DNA from: an uncultured Candidatus Saccharibacteria bacterium
Lineage (GTDB): Bacteria > Patescibacteriota > Minisyncoccia > UBA6257 > UBA11618
Length of the DNA: 5,704 nucleotides
Assembly: GCA_964432405.1 (NCBI GenBank)
Contig: CAYSNH010000010.1
Span: 1-5,704 of the forward strand
Reading direction: 5' to 3'
Below, piece after piece: positions 1 through 5,704 of this stretch; positions within the stretch are counted from its first letter, which is position 1; each line of letters begins with the position of its first letter. The notes below the pieces were generated by a model. That model did not search any database, was not told where the DNA came from, and was given only the letters and a program-made list of their open reading frames with translations. Position numbers and translations under genes: made by a program.

Positions 1-871
1 AGGCACTACCGCCACCCTCATTTACAAGATACTCAAGTGCTGTAAAAAGGATGCTTATTTAGTAGGTAATATAGGCAAACCCGCCATTGATAGCTTAGCT
101 AAGCTCAAAAAGAGCTCTTGGGTAGTTTTTGAGCTATCTAGCTTCCAACTTCAAGGCATCAAACAATCCCCTCATGTTGCGGTAATGTTAGACCTCTTTC
201 CTGATCATATGGAGGTTCATACCAGCTATCAGGAATATATTAACGCAAAGAAAAATATTCATCGTTATCAGAAATCATCCGATAAGGCTTTTTTTGTTAA
301 AGATCTAGATCTCAAAAAGTTTAAAGCCTTCTCCTCTAAAGACTTAAAGATTCCTGGTGAGCATAATTTTAAAAATGCTGTTATGGCCTATACCGTCACC
401 AAAAATCTTAAATGTCCAGAAAAAAAGATTGTTGAGGCTATTATTAAATTCAAAGGCAATGAGCATCGCTTGGAGTTTGTAAAGAAGGTTAAAGGAGTCG
501 CCTTCTATAACGACTCAGCCAGCACCAATCCTCAGACTACTATAGCGGCCGTTAAAGCTTTTTCCGAACCTAAAATATTAATTGCTGGTGGCTATGATAA
601 AAATCTATCTTACCAACCTTGGACTAAAGCATTTCCCAAGGCCAACGTTAAGGCATTAATCTTGATTGGCAATAATAAAACTAAGATAAAGAAAGCTCTG
701 GTTAATAAGAAATTAACCATTAAAACCGCCAACTCTCTTAAAGAAGCAGTCCAATTGGCTAAGCGAATAGCTGACAAAAATGAGGTGGTTATCTTGTCAC
801 CTGGAGCCGCCAGCTTTGATATGTTTGAAAGCTATGATGACCGTGGACAAAAATTCAAAAAGCTGATATAA
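1..871 (+). CDS. murD: UDP-N-acetylmuramoyl-L-alanine--D-glutamate ligase (MurD), 5'-truncated by the window edge
   Basis: The frame starting at nt 2 is open from the left edge to TAA at 869-871, so the tracked ORF 185-871 is only its Met-initiated tail. The translation begins GTTATLIYKIL (end of the Mur-ligase P-loop) and continues VFELSSFQL and DLFPDHMEVH (the DH..H motif). Further matches are GNEHRLEFV, YNDSASTNP (the MurD-type NDSKATN motif, unlike the MurC/E/F equivalents), ILIAGGYDK and SPGAASFDMFESYDDRG at the C-terminus. Confidence 0.9.
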   Translation, partial: GTTATLIYKILKCCKKDAYLVGNIGKPAIDSLAKLKKSSWVVFELSSFQLQGIKQSPHVAVMLDLFPDHMEVHTSYQEYINAKKNIHRYQKSSDKAFFVKDLDLKKFKAFSSKDLKIPGEHNFKNAVMAYTVTKNLKCPEKKIVEAIIKFKGNEHRLEFVKKVKGVAFYNDSASTNPQTTIAAVKAFSEPKILIAGGYDKNLSYQPWTKAFPKANVKALILIGNNKTKIKKALVNKKLTIKTANSLKEAVQLAKRIADKNEVVILSPGAASFDMFESYDDRGQKFKKLI

Positions 872-881
872 ATAATGTACT

Positions 882-956
882 GCGGCCGTGGTGTAGCTTG
901 GTTAACACATCCCCCTGTCACGGGGAAGATCGCCGGTTCAAATCCGGTCGGCCGCG
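882..956 (+). tRNA. tRNA-Asp (anticodon GUC)
   Basis: Hand-folded cloverleaf. Acceptor GCGGCCG (882-888) pairs with CGGCCGC (949-955), and the discriminator is G956. D-stem is GTGT/ACAC with a GG-containing D-loop. Anticodon stem is TCCCC (910-914)/GGGGA (922-926), with loop C-T-GTC-A-C (915-921), U33 present and anticodon GTC at 917-919. Variable loop is 5 nt. T-stem is GCCGG/CCGGT with T-loop TTCAAAT. The 3' CCA is not encoded (the next bases are CAA). Confidence 0.95.
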
Positions 957-998
957 CAAAGAAACTGGAGTTCTTTAACAATTAAAAGGAGTCTGGCC

Positions 999-1160
999 GT
1001 GGTAGAAGTATTAGAAGTAATTCTGGCTTTCCTCACCAGCATTCTCGTAACTGCTCTTGACGTAACTCGTTGCGTATATAAATACTATTGCTATCGAGAG
1101 AGAAAATCCTATAAAAAACTAGTCGACGAATATCCTACGCTCAAGCGCATGGATGATTAA
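999..1160 (+). CDS. Small hypothetical membrane protein, 53 aa (not in the supplied ORF track)
   Basis: AAGGAG at 986-991 lies 7 nt upstream of GTG 999-1001, and the frame is open to TAA 1158-1160. My translation is MVEVLEVILAFLTSILVTALDVTRCVYKYYCYRERKSYKKLVDEYPTLKRMDD. It has one N-terminal hydrophobic helix followed by a Tyr/Cys/Lys/Arg-rich tail. An intrinsic terminator follows immediately at 1161-1184. No homology can be assessed by eye. Confidence 0.5.
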   Translation: MVEVLEVILAFLTSILVTALDVTRCVYKYYCYRERKSYKKLVDEYPTLKRMDD

Positions 1161-1184
1161 GCCCTGCTCACGGCAGGGTTTTTT
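1161..1184 (+). terminator. Rho-independent terminator for the tRNA-Asp/small-ORF transcript
   Basis: Stem CCCTGC (1162-1167) pairs with GCAGGG (1173-1178) across a 5-nt loop, followed by TTTTTT (1179-1184). It sits in the 26-nt gap between the convergent stop codons at 1160 and 1187. Read on the minus strand the same hairpin lacks a downstream U-tract, so it is at best weak for the gatCA transcript. Confidence 0.75.
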
Positions 1185-1186
1185 AA

Positions 1187-1732
1187 TTACAACAACCTTA
1201 GTTCTTGAAAGGTTTTGCGATAAATATAAATAGCCTCACTAATCTCAGCCTTGCTAGCAGAAAAGTCTTCTTTTCTAGCCCGTTGGGTTAATTGATGTGC
1301 TTGTCGCAATTCTAAAATATGACTCATTTGAGCGGGAGTGATGTTATCTAAACGATCAGTTAGATTTTTACCATAATAACCGGCTAGCTTAAGTACCTCT
1401 CCCAAGATATTATCAGCTATAACAAGCGCAGCCTGCCAATCCTCCTCCTTCTTACCCCCCATCTTCTTCATTATCTCCTGCCAACCTTTGATAGAACGTC
1501 GGCGAGGCAAGTCACCCACCATCAAAGCATCCATCATTCGCTCGGTCTTATAATCAAAATAACCGCTCTTGATTAGGGCATAAATAATTCCAATCAATAA
1601 AATAGTGGAAATAAAAAAAGAGATGGTCTGCAAGACCACTAGATTAGCCTCTACTCCATCTCTGATAGCAAAAGCTAGATCTGTTATTTCTTTAGGAATG
1701 CTGAGGATAAAATCAGCTACTGTTTTGAACAT
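1187..1732 (-). CDS. Hypothetical single-pass membrane protein (N-terminal TM helix plus helical C-terminal domain)
   Basis: This is a long open frame in an AT-rich sequence, ending at TAA 1189-1187. The tracked ORF starts at GTG 1771 (194 aa). I prefer ATG 1732 (MFKTVADF..., 181 aa) because it overlaps gatA by only 20 nt rather than 59. Neither start has a clear SD. The hydrophobic segment is LVVLQTISFFISTILLIGIIYALI, followed by a basic patch DLPRRRSIKGW and a charged helical domain (EDWQAALVIADNILGEVLKLAGYYGKNLTDRL...). I recognise no catalytic motif. Confidence 0.75.
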   Translation of the reverse strand: MFKTVADFILSIPKEITDLAFAIRDGVEANLVVLQTISFFISTILLIGIIYALIKSGYFDYKTERMMDALMVGDLPRRRSIKGWQEIMKKMGGKKEEDWQAALVIADNILGEVLKLAGYYGKNLTDRLDNITPAQMSHILELRQAHQLTQRARKEDFSASKAEISEAIYIYRKTFQELRLL

Positions 1733-3134
1733 GTTCGTAATAATGGCCGATGTTAAGAATGTCAGCCTCACGCCAATGCTGACCGATCAACTGAAAACCT
1801 GGTGGCATAGAAAGGGCTGGTAGACCGGCTAAGTTGGCTGGGACGGTAAGGATGTCGGTCATATACATTGATAGAGGGTCTTTAACCTTCTCTTTAAACT
1901 TAAAGGGCTTAGTGGGTGATGTTGGTGTCAAAATAACATCCACCTCTTTAAAAGCCTGATCAAAGTCCTGCTTGATTAAAGAACGAACTTTCTGGGCTTT
2001 GGCGTAGTAGGCGTCGTAATAGCCGGAAGAAAGCACAAAGGTACCTAACATAATTCTTCTCTTCACCTCTTTACCAAACCCCTTGCTCCTATTTTTCACA
2101 TATAAATCACTAAGGTTCTTGGCTTTAACATTTTCTAAAGGTGAATATCTAATACCATCAAAACGGGCTAGGTTAGCACTAACTTCAGCTGGCATGATGA
2201 TGTAGTAGCAAGAAATAGCATACTTGGTATGAGGAAGACTGATCTCCTTAAACTTAATCCCCAAACTCTCAAGATTCTTAATCACCTTCTTCACTTTTTT
2301 GATAATCTCTTTATCCACTCCTTTATCAAAATATTCTTTGGGTAAGCCAACCACCATCTTTTTTAACTTCTCTATTTTATGATTATTTAACTCATCACCA
2401 TAAATAACTTCAGCGCTGGTAGCGTCTTTCTCATCATGACCACTGATAGCCTGAAAAAGAATAGCGGCATCCTCAACATTTTTGGTAATAGGGCCGATCT
2501 GATCAAGGCTAGAAGCCATAGCTATAAGACCGTATCGAGAGACGGCGCCGTAAGTGGGCTTAAGAGCCACTACCTGGCAGAAGTCGGCTGGCTGACGAAT
2601 AGAGCCTCCCGTATCAGAACCAAGAGAAGCCACGGCCAAATGAGCAGCAACAGCCGCTGCTGAACCACCAGAAGAACCGCCTGGTACTAACTTAGGATCA
2701 TGAGGGTTCTTCGTATTACCAAAAGCTGAACTTTCAGTAGAGGAGCCCATAGCAAACTCGTCCATGTTAGTTTTACCAAGGAAGACAGCTCCCTCATTTC
2801 TTAACTTCTTAATGACAGTTGCGTCATAAGTAGCAGTATAGTTTTCTAACATCTTAGAGGCGGCTGTAGCTGGCTGGTTAGCAATAAGAATATTGTCTTT
2901 AATAGCCAAAGGAACGCCTGTTAAAGGACCAACTCCCTTGCCCTTAGCTATTGCTAAATCCGCCGCCTCAGCTTGAAGATAGGCCGCTTCTTTATCTAAG
3001 CTGAGATAAGAGTTGATCTTCTTATCCTCTTTTTCAATAAACTTATAAAGCTGCTGTACCATCTCTAGGGCTGTAAATTCCTTACTAACCAAGCCCTGAT
3101 TAAATTTTTTAATTGTTAGATCGTGTAGATGCAT
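1713..3134 (-). CDS. gatA: Glutamyl-tRNA(Gln)/aspartyl-tRNA(Asn) amidotransferase subunit A
   Basis: 473 aa with an intact amidase signature. The motifs are GVPLAIKDN (catalytic Lys), GGSSGGSAAAVAA (cis-Ser) and GSDTGGSIRQPA (nucleophile Ser), plus the typical GatA N-terminus and PANLAGLPALS near the C-terminus. The ATG at 3134 lies 1 nt after the gatC stop (TAG-C-ATG), which suggests translational coupling. Confidence 0.97.
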   Translation of the reverse strand: MHLHDLTIKKFNQGLVSKEFTALEMVQQLYKFIEKEDKKINSYLSLDKEAAYLQAEAADLAIAKGKGVGPLTGVPLAIKDNILIANQPATAASKMLENYTATYDATVIKKLRNEGAVFLGKTNMDEFAMGSSTESSAFGNTKNPHDPKLVPGGSSGGSAAAVAAHLAVASLGSDTGGSIRQPADFCQVVALKPTYGAVSRYGLIAMASSLDQIGPITKNVEDAAILFQAISGHDEKDATSAEVIYGDELNNHKIEKLKKMVVGLPKEYFDKGVDKEIIKKVKKVIKNLESLGIKFKEISLPHTKYAISCYYIIMPAEVSANLARFDGIRYSPLENVKAKNLSDLYVKNRSKGFGKEVKRRIMLGTFVLSSGYYDAYYAKAQKVRSLIKQDFDQAFKEVDVILTPTSPTKPFKFKEKVKDPLSMYMTDILTVPANLAGLPALSMPPGFQLIGQHWREADILNIGHYYEHVQNSS

Positions 3135-3135
3135 G

Positions 3136-3444
3136 CTAGAGAATTTTAGGAACCTTTAGATAACCTTTATCTGTCTCAGGAAAACCCTCAATTATCCGAC
3201 CAGTATCATCAACGAATTGAGATTTTTTTTCTAAATTAATAGAATCATCTCTAAAAGCATTTTTTAAAAGCGTACCTCCATTCATAGGAGCTACCCCATC
3301 AGTATCAACCTCCTCAAGCTCTTCAAAGTGCTTAAGGATGTTTTTTAAGTCTTTTAGCTGCTCATCTCCTTCTTTGGTAGTGAGCTTAATTCGAGCAAGT
3401 TCAGCTAATTGTTTAAGAGTATTCTTATTAATAGGCACTGCCAT
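3136..3444 (-). CDS. gatC: Glutamyl-tRNA(Gln)/aspartyl-tRNA(Asn) amidotransferase subunit C
   Basis: 102 aa. It shows the GatC pattern LKQLAELARIKLTTKE...LKNILKHFEELEEVDTDGVAPM...FRDD, has the expected size, and sits immediately upstream of gatA. Confidence 0.9.
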   Translation of the reverse strand: MAVPINKNTLKQLAELARIKLTTKEGDEQLKDLKNILKHFEELEEVDTDGVAPMNGGTLLKNAFRDDSINLEKKSQFVDDTGRIIEGFPETDKGYLKVPKIL

Positions 3445-3453
3445 ATATTCAAA

Positions 3454-3482
3454 AGTTTAAGGCAAAAAAGCATTAAATTCAA
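3454..3482 (-). promoter_or_regulatory. Putative sigma70-type promoter for gatC-gatA (short-leader or leaderless layout)
   Basis: On the minus strand, TTGAAT (3482-3477) is followed by a 17-nt spacer and TAAACT (3459-3454). Only 9 nt then separate the -10 element from the gatC ATG at 3444, and that interval has no SD. The hexamers are weak in an AT-rich context, so this is a tentative call. Confidence 0.3.
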
Positions 3483-3524
3483 ATAAAAAAGAGGTGGCAC
3501 AAGAACAAAGTCTCATACCACCTC
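3481..3524 (-). terminator. Rho-independent terminator (end of the ligA 3'UTR or of an independent small transcript)
   Basis: On the minus strand, GAGGTGG (3524-3518) pairs with CCACCTC (3497-3491). The 20-nt interior can extend the stem (TGAGA/TCTTG, including wobbles). TTTTTTATTT (3490-3481) follows. Confidence 0.7.
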
Positions 3525-3614
3525 CCCGGTGACGCGGCGAGCGTAAAGAACGAAGAAGGAGAATTTTCTGAGGGGAACAACCTCTAAAAACCTCCTTACA
3601 ACGAAAGGAGCTGA
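3481..3614 (-). ncRNA. Candidate structured RNA (sRNA or cis-acting leader) between ligA and gatC; family unknown
   Basis: The region is bounded by a promoter-like site (3619-3647) and the terminator (3481-3524). It contains several hairpins and a GC-rich patch that stands out from the AT-rich surroundings. Details are in the findings. The 5' end is inferred, not observed. Confidence 0.35.
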
Positions 3615-3618
3615 TTGC

Positions 3619-3647
3619 AAGATAACAATTTAAAAAGAAAGTGTCAA
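3619..3647 (-). promoter_or_regulatory. Promoter-like element directly after the ligA stop
   Basis: On the minus strand, TTGACA (3647-3642, a perfect -35) is followed by a 17-nt spacer whose last three bases (3627-3625) form the TGT of an extended -10. The -10 hexamer is TATCTT (3624-3619). Confidence 0.4.
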
Positions 3648-3648
3648 G

Positions 3649-5649
3649 TTATTTTACCATCTGAAGAAATTGTTTTTCAGAGAGAATCTTTATATTTAGT
3701 TTTTGAGCTTTATCATACTTAGAACCAGGATCACTACCAACCACTACATAATCAGTATTTTTGGAGACCGATTCATTAACCTCACCACCCAAGCTCCTAA
3801 TCTTATCCTTAGCCTCATCTCTAGTGATGGATTCTAGACCACCCGTCAAAACAAAAGCTAGGTTTTTCAGCTTGCCACTCTGTACTGACTGACCACCCTT
3901 AACCTTTACCCCCACCTTTTCTAGCTTATTTAATAAGTCTAAGTTGTGCTTATCTTGAAACCAATCATAAATACTTTGAGCTACCTTAGGACCAATGTCT
4001 GGTAGCTGTTGAAGATCTTCGATCGACAACTTACCAATCTTATCAACCTCACCAACTTTTTGAGCTAACATCCGAGCCGTCTCCTCACCAACATTAAAGA
4101 TTCCTAGGCTATATATAAAGCGTGGCAAGGTTATTTCTTTTTTCTGATTAATCTCATTAATAATATTTTCAGCAGATTTCTCCCCAAATCTCTCTAGTCC
4201 AGCAATATCTTCTTTTTTTAAAATAAAAATGTCAGCGGTGTCGCTGATAAGGCCCTCCTCTAAAAAGCGATCAACAATCTTGCCGCCCAAGCCCTCAATA
4301 TTGAAAGCGCCCTTGGAAACAAAATGATAAAAAGACTCCCGCTGAACAGCGCTACACTTCTTGTTAGAGCAGCAATAATAAACACCGCGCTTGATAATTT
4401 TAGAGCCATCAACTGGACATTGATTTGGCATTTTAAAAGCTTTAGCGTTTTTAGGTCGGAGTTTTTTAATAACCTCTGTCACCTGAGGAATAACATCACC
4501 AGCTCGAGAGATGATAACCGTATCACCAACCCTTACTCCCAAGCGTTGGATTTCGTCGTAGTTGTGTAACGTTGCGTGACTAACGGTCACACCCCCAACC
4601 TCAACAGGCTTAAGTTGAGCCACAGGCGTTAAGACGCCCGTTCGGCCAATATAAACCTTAATGTCTTCAACTATGGTGGTAGCCTCCTCAGGAGAGAATT
4701 TATAGGCTATAGCGGCTCTTGGAGCCTTGCCAATAACTCCCCCAGCATCATAGTCCTTATTATCATCAACAACTACAACCAATCCATCGATTTCATAATC
4801 TAACTTATCTCGCTTTTTATCCCAAAGATCTCTCATCTTGAAGATTTCTTTCATCGACTTACAAATCTTGTTATTAGGGTTGGTTTTAAAGCCCCATCTT
4901 TTCAAAGTCTCATGTTCCTTATGATGCTTATCTATTCCTTTGTCGGTAACGATGTCATAGATAAAGGAATCTAATTTTCTCTTAGCAGTTATCTTGGAAT
5001 TAAGCTGTCGCACGCTACCAGCAGCCAAGTTACGAGGATTAGCATAGGTGACTTTACCCGCCTTCTCTAATTCTTTGTTAAGTTTATTAAACTCCTTTTT
5101 GCTAAAAAAAACCTCGCCTCTCACTATTAAGTGATTAGGCCAATCACCTTTTTTTAATTTTAAAGGAATAGCTTCAACTGTTTTAATGTTTTGGGTAATG
5201 TCTTCACCAATCCTCCCATCACCACGGGTAGCAGCCTGTACCAGGACGCCATTGGTATATATCAACTCGATAGCTAGGCCGTCGATCTTTAGTTCGCAAT
5301 AAAAGTTAGGTTTAATATCTTTTTTAGTATGATTTTTTAAACGCTTAAACCAATTATTAATATCCTCTTCATTAAAAGCATCATTGAAAGATAGCATCCG
5401 GGTCTCATGCTCAACTTTCTGAAACTTCTTTAAAGGCTTGCCACCAACTCTTTGAGTGGGCGAATCAGGAGAAACTAGCTCGGGAAACTTTTGTTCTAAA
5501 TCAAAAAGCTCCTTTTTTAAGGAGTCTAAAGCAGAATCAGAGATGTCTTGCTTGTCTTGGACGTGATAAAGGTGGCGGTGATGATTAATCGTCTTTTTTA
5601 ATTGATCAACCCGCTCTTGAGCCTCTTTTTTAGTTACGGTTTTAGGCAT
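3649..5649 (-). CDS. ligA: NAD+-dependent DNA ligase LigA
   Basis: 666 aa with the full domain order. The Ia domain shows HHRHLYHV...ISD..LD and SPDSPTQRVGG. The adenylation motif is CELKIDGLA, with the Lys codon at 5289-5287. An OB fold, a Cys-rich zinc-finger segment (4354-4419), HhH repeats (LPDIGPKVAQSI) and a C-terminal BRCT domain (FVLTGGL...VVVGSDPGSKYDKAQKLNIKIL) follow. Confidence 0.97.
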   Translation of the reverse strand: MPKTVTKKEAQERVDQLKKTINHHRHLYHVQDKQDISDSALDSLKKELFDLEQKFPELVSPDSPTQRVGGKPLKKFQKVEHETRMLSFNDAFNEEDINNWFKRLKNHTKKDIKPNFYCELKIDGLAIELIYTNGVLVQAATRGDGRIGEDITQNIKTVEAIPLKLKKGDWPNHLIVRGEVFFSKKEFNKLNKELEKAGKVTYANPRNLAAGSVRQLNSKITAKRKLDSFIYDIVTDKGIDKHHKEHETLKRWGFKTNPNNKICKSMKEIFKMRDLWDKKRDKLDYEIDGLVVVVDDNKDYDAGGVIGKAPRAAIAYKFSPEEATTIVEDIKVYIGRTGVLTPVAQLKPVEVGGVTVSHATLHNYDEIQRLGVRVGDTVIISRAGDVIPQVTEVIKKLRPKNAKAFKMPNQCPVDGSKIIKRGVYYCCSNKKCSAVQRESFYHFVSKGAFNIEGLGGKIVDRFLEEGLISDTADIFILKKEDIAGLERFGEKSAENIINEINQKKEITLPRFIYSLGIFNVGEETARMLAQKVGEVDKIGKLSIEDLQQLPDIGPKVAQSIYDWFQDKHNLDLLNKLEKVGVKVKGGQSVQSGKLKNLAFVLTGGLESITRDEAKDKIRSLGGEVNESVSKNTDYVVVGSDPGSKYDKAQKLNIKILSEKQFLQMVK

Positions 5650-5658
5650 TGTATCCCT

Positions 5659-5667
5659 ATTTTAACA
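5659..5667 (-). promoter_or_regulatory. Putative extended -10 element for ligA
   Basis: On the minus strand, TGtTAAAAT occupies 5667-5659, 9 nt upstream of the ligA ATG at 5649. There is no good -35 at 17-nt spacing. The only SD-like sequence in the 9-nt interval is a weak AGGGA. Confidence 0.3.
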
Positions 5668-5704
5668 TAAAATAAGGGTAGATGGATACTAACAGAGGTT
5701 ATCC

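Noticed and set aside
885-1003. 9-nt repeat GGCCGTGGT, at the tRNA-Asp 5' end (885-893) and again spanning the start of the small ORF (995-1003); considered as a possible att-like duplication from integration at the tRNA
   Set aside because: Integrative elements normally duplicate the tRNA 3' end, not the 5' end. The match does not extend beyond 9 nt, there is no integrase or other mobile gene in the window, and a single 9-mer match is within chance expectation.
1161-1184. The hairpin between the convergent genes acting as a true bidirectional terminator
   Set aside because: On the minus strand the stem is followed by CTTAATCATCC, which is not a U-tract. Only plus-strand termination is well supported, so termination of the gatCA transcript here is uncertain.
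1733-1771. GTG 1771 as the true start of the membrane protein (the 194-aa version in the ORF track)
   Set aside because: It adds 13 residues, deepens the overlap with gatA to 59 nt, and has no SD. ATG 1732 is the more economical start. The question is unresolved without comparative or N-terminal data, so the alternative is noted rather than excluded.
1605-1823. Tracked 72-aa ORF on the plus strand
   Set aside because: It lies entirely antisense to the membrane-protein gene and the gatA 3' end. It has no SD and no recognisable motifs, and looks like a shadow ORF opposite genuine coding sequence.
2436-2663. Tracked 75-aa ORF on the plus strand
   Set aside because: It is antisense to the most conserved part of gatA (the amidase signature region). 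Its Ser/Arg-rich, low-complexity translation is typical of a shadow frame.
3457-3516. 19-codon ATG ORF (MRLCSCATSFLFEFNAFLP) on the minus strand, preceded by GGAGG with a 4-nt spacer
   Set aside because: The start codon and the SD-like sequence are both buried in the terminator stem. The ORF runs across the T-tract and the putative gatC promoter, and the spacer is too short. It is most likely fortuitous.
3479-3580. 33-codon TTG ORF (MFPSENSPSSFFTLAASPGRWYETLFLCHLFFI) on the minus strand, 10 nt downstream of TAAGGAGG
   Set aside because: The frame reads straight through the GC-rich hairpin and both arms of the terminator, and its stop lies at the end of the terminator T-tract. The start is a TTG at a long spacing, and the SD-like sequence is better explained as a pairing partner of the two CUCCUU copies. 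I keep it only as a low-probability alternative to the RNA interpretation.
3491-3610. Canonical T-box riboswitch upstream of gatC, suggested by the GGUGGUA core-like sequence at 3522-3516
   Set aside because: Only about 85 nt lie between the putative start and this motif. I cannot find a Stem I with a K-turn, a specifier loop, an AG bulge or a distal loop, and the ACCGCG part of the T-box consensus is absent. The resemblance is recorded in the finding but is not called as a T-box without a covariance-model search.
4324-4569. Tracked 81-aa ORF on the plus strand
   Set aside because: It is antisense to the ligA OB-fold and zinc-finger region. It has no translation signals and is a shadow ORF.

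Overview
AT-rich bacterial chromosomal window made up almost entirely of housekeeping genes. Plus strand: the 3' part of murD (289 codons plus stop, open to the left edge), then tRNA-Asp(GUC) 10 nt after the murD stop. Next comes a 53-codon GTG-initiated small membrane ORF that is too short for the supplied ORF track; it has a consensus Shine-Dalgarno (SD) site and a clean intrinsic terminator. Minus strand, convergent with these: ligA (NAD+-dependent DNA ligase), a 204-nt structured non-coding spacer, then gatC-gatA. gatA is followed not by gatB but by a 181-194 aa single-pass membrane protein whose start overlaps the gatA 3' end. I see no mobile element, CRISPR or repeat array, or recognisable defence or toxin-antitoxin module, so I do not think a clear novel multi-gene system is present. 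Three things merit a second look: (1) the ligA-gatC spacer, which has a promoter-like site, a CUCCUU/AAGGAG/CUCCUU set of mutually exclusive pairings, a GC-rich hairpin and a strong terminator, making it a candidate sRNA or attenuator leader; (2) the untracked small membrane ORF; (3) the membrane protein in the gatB position. Compact genes, overlapping or coupled starts and the uncharacterised membrane protein are compatible with a small-genome uncultivated lineage, but that is a weak inference. All calls rest on reading the sequence and on motif memory; no searches were run.
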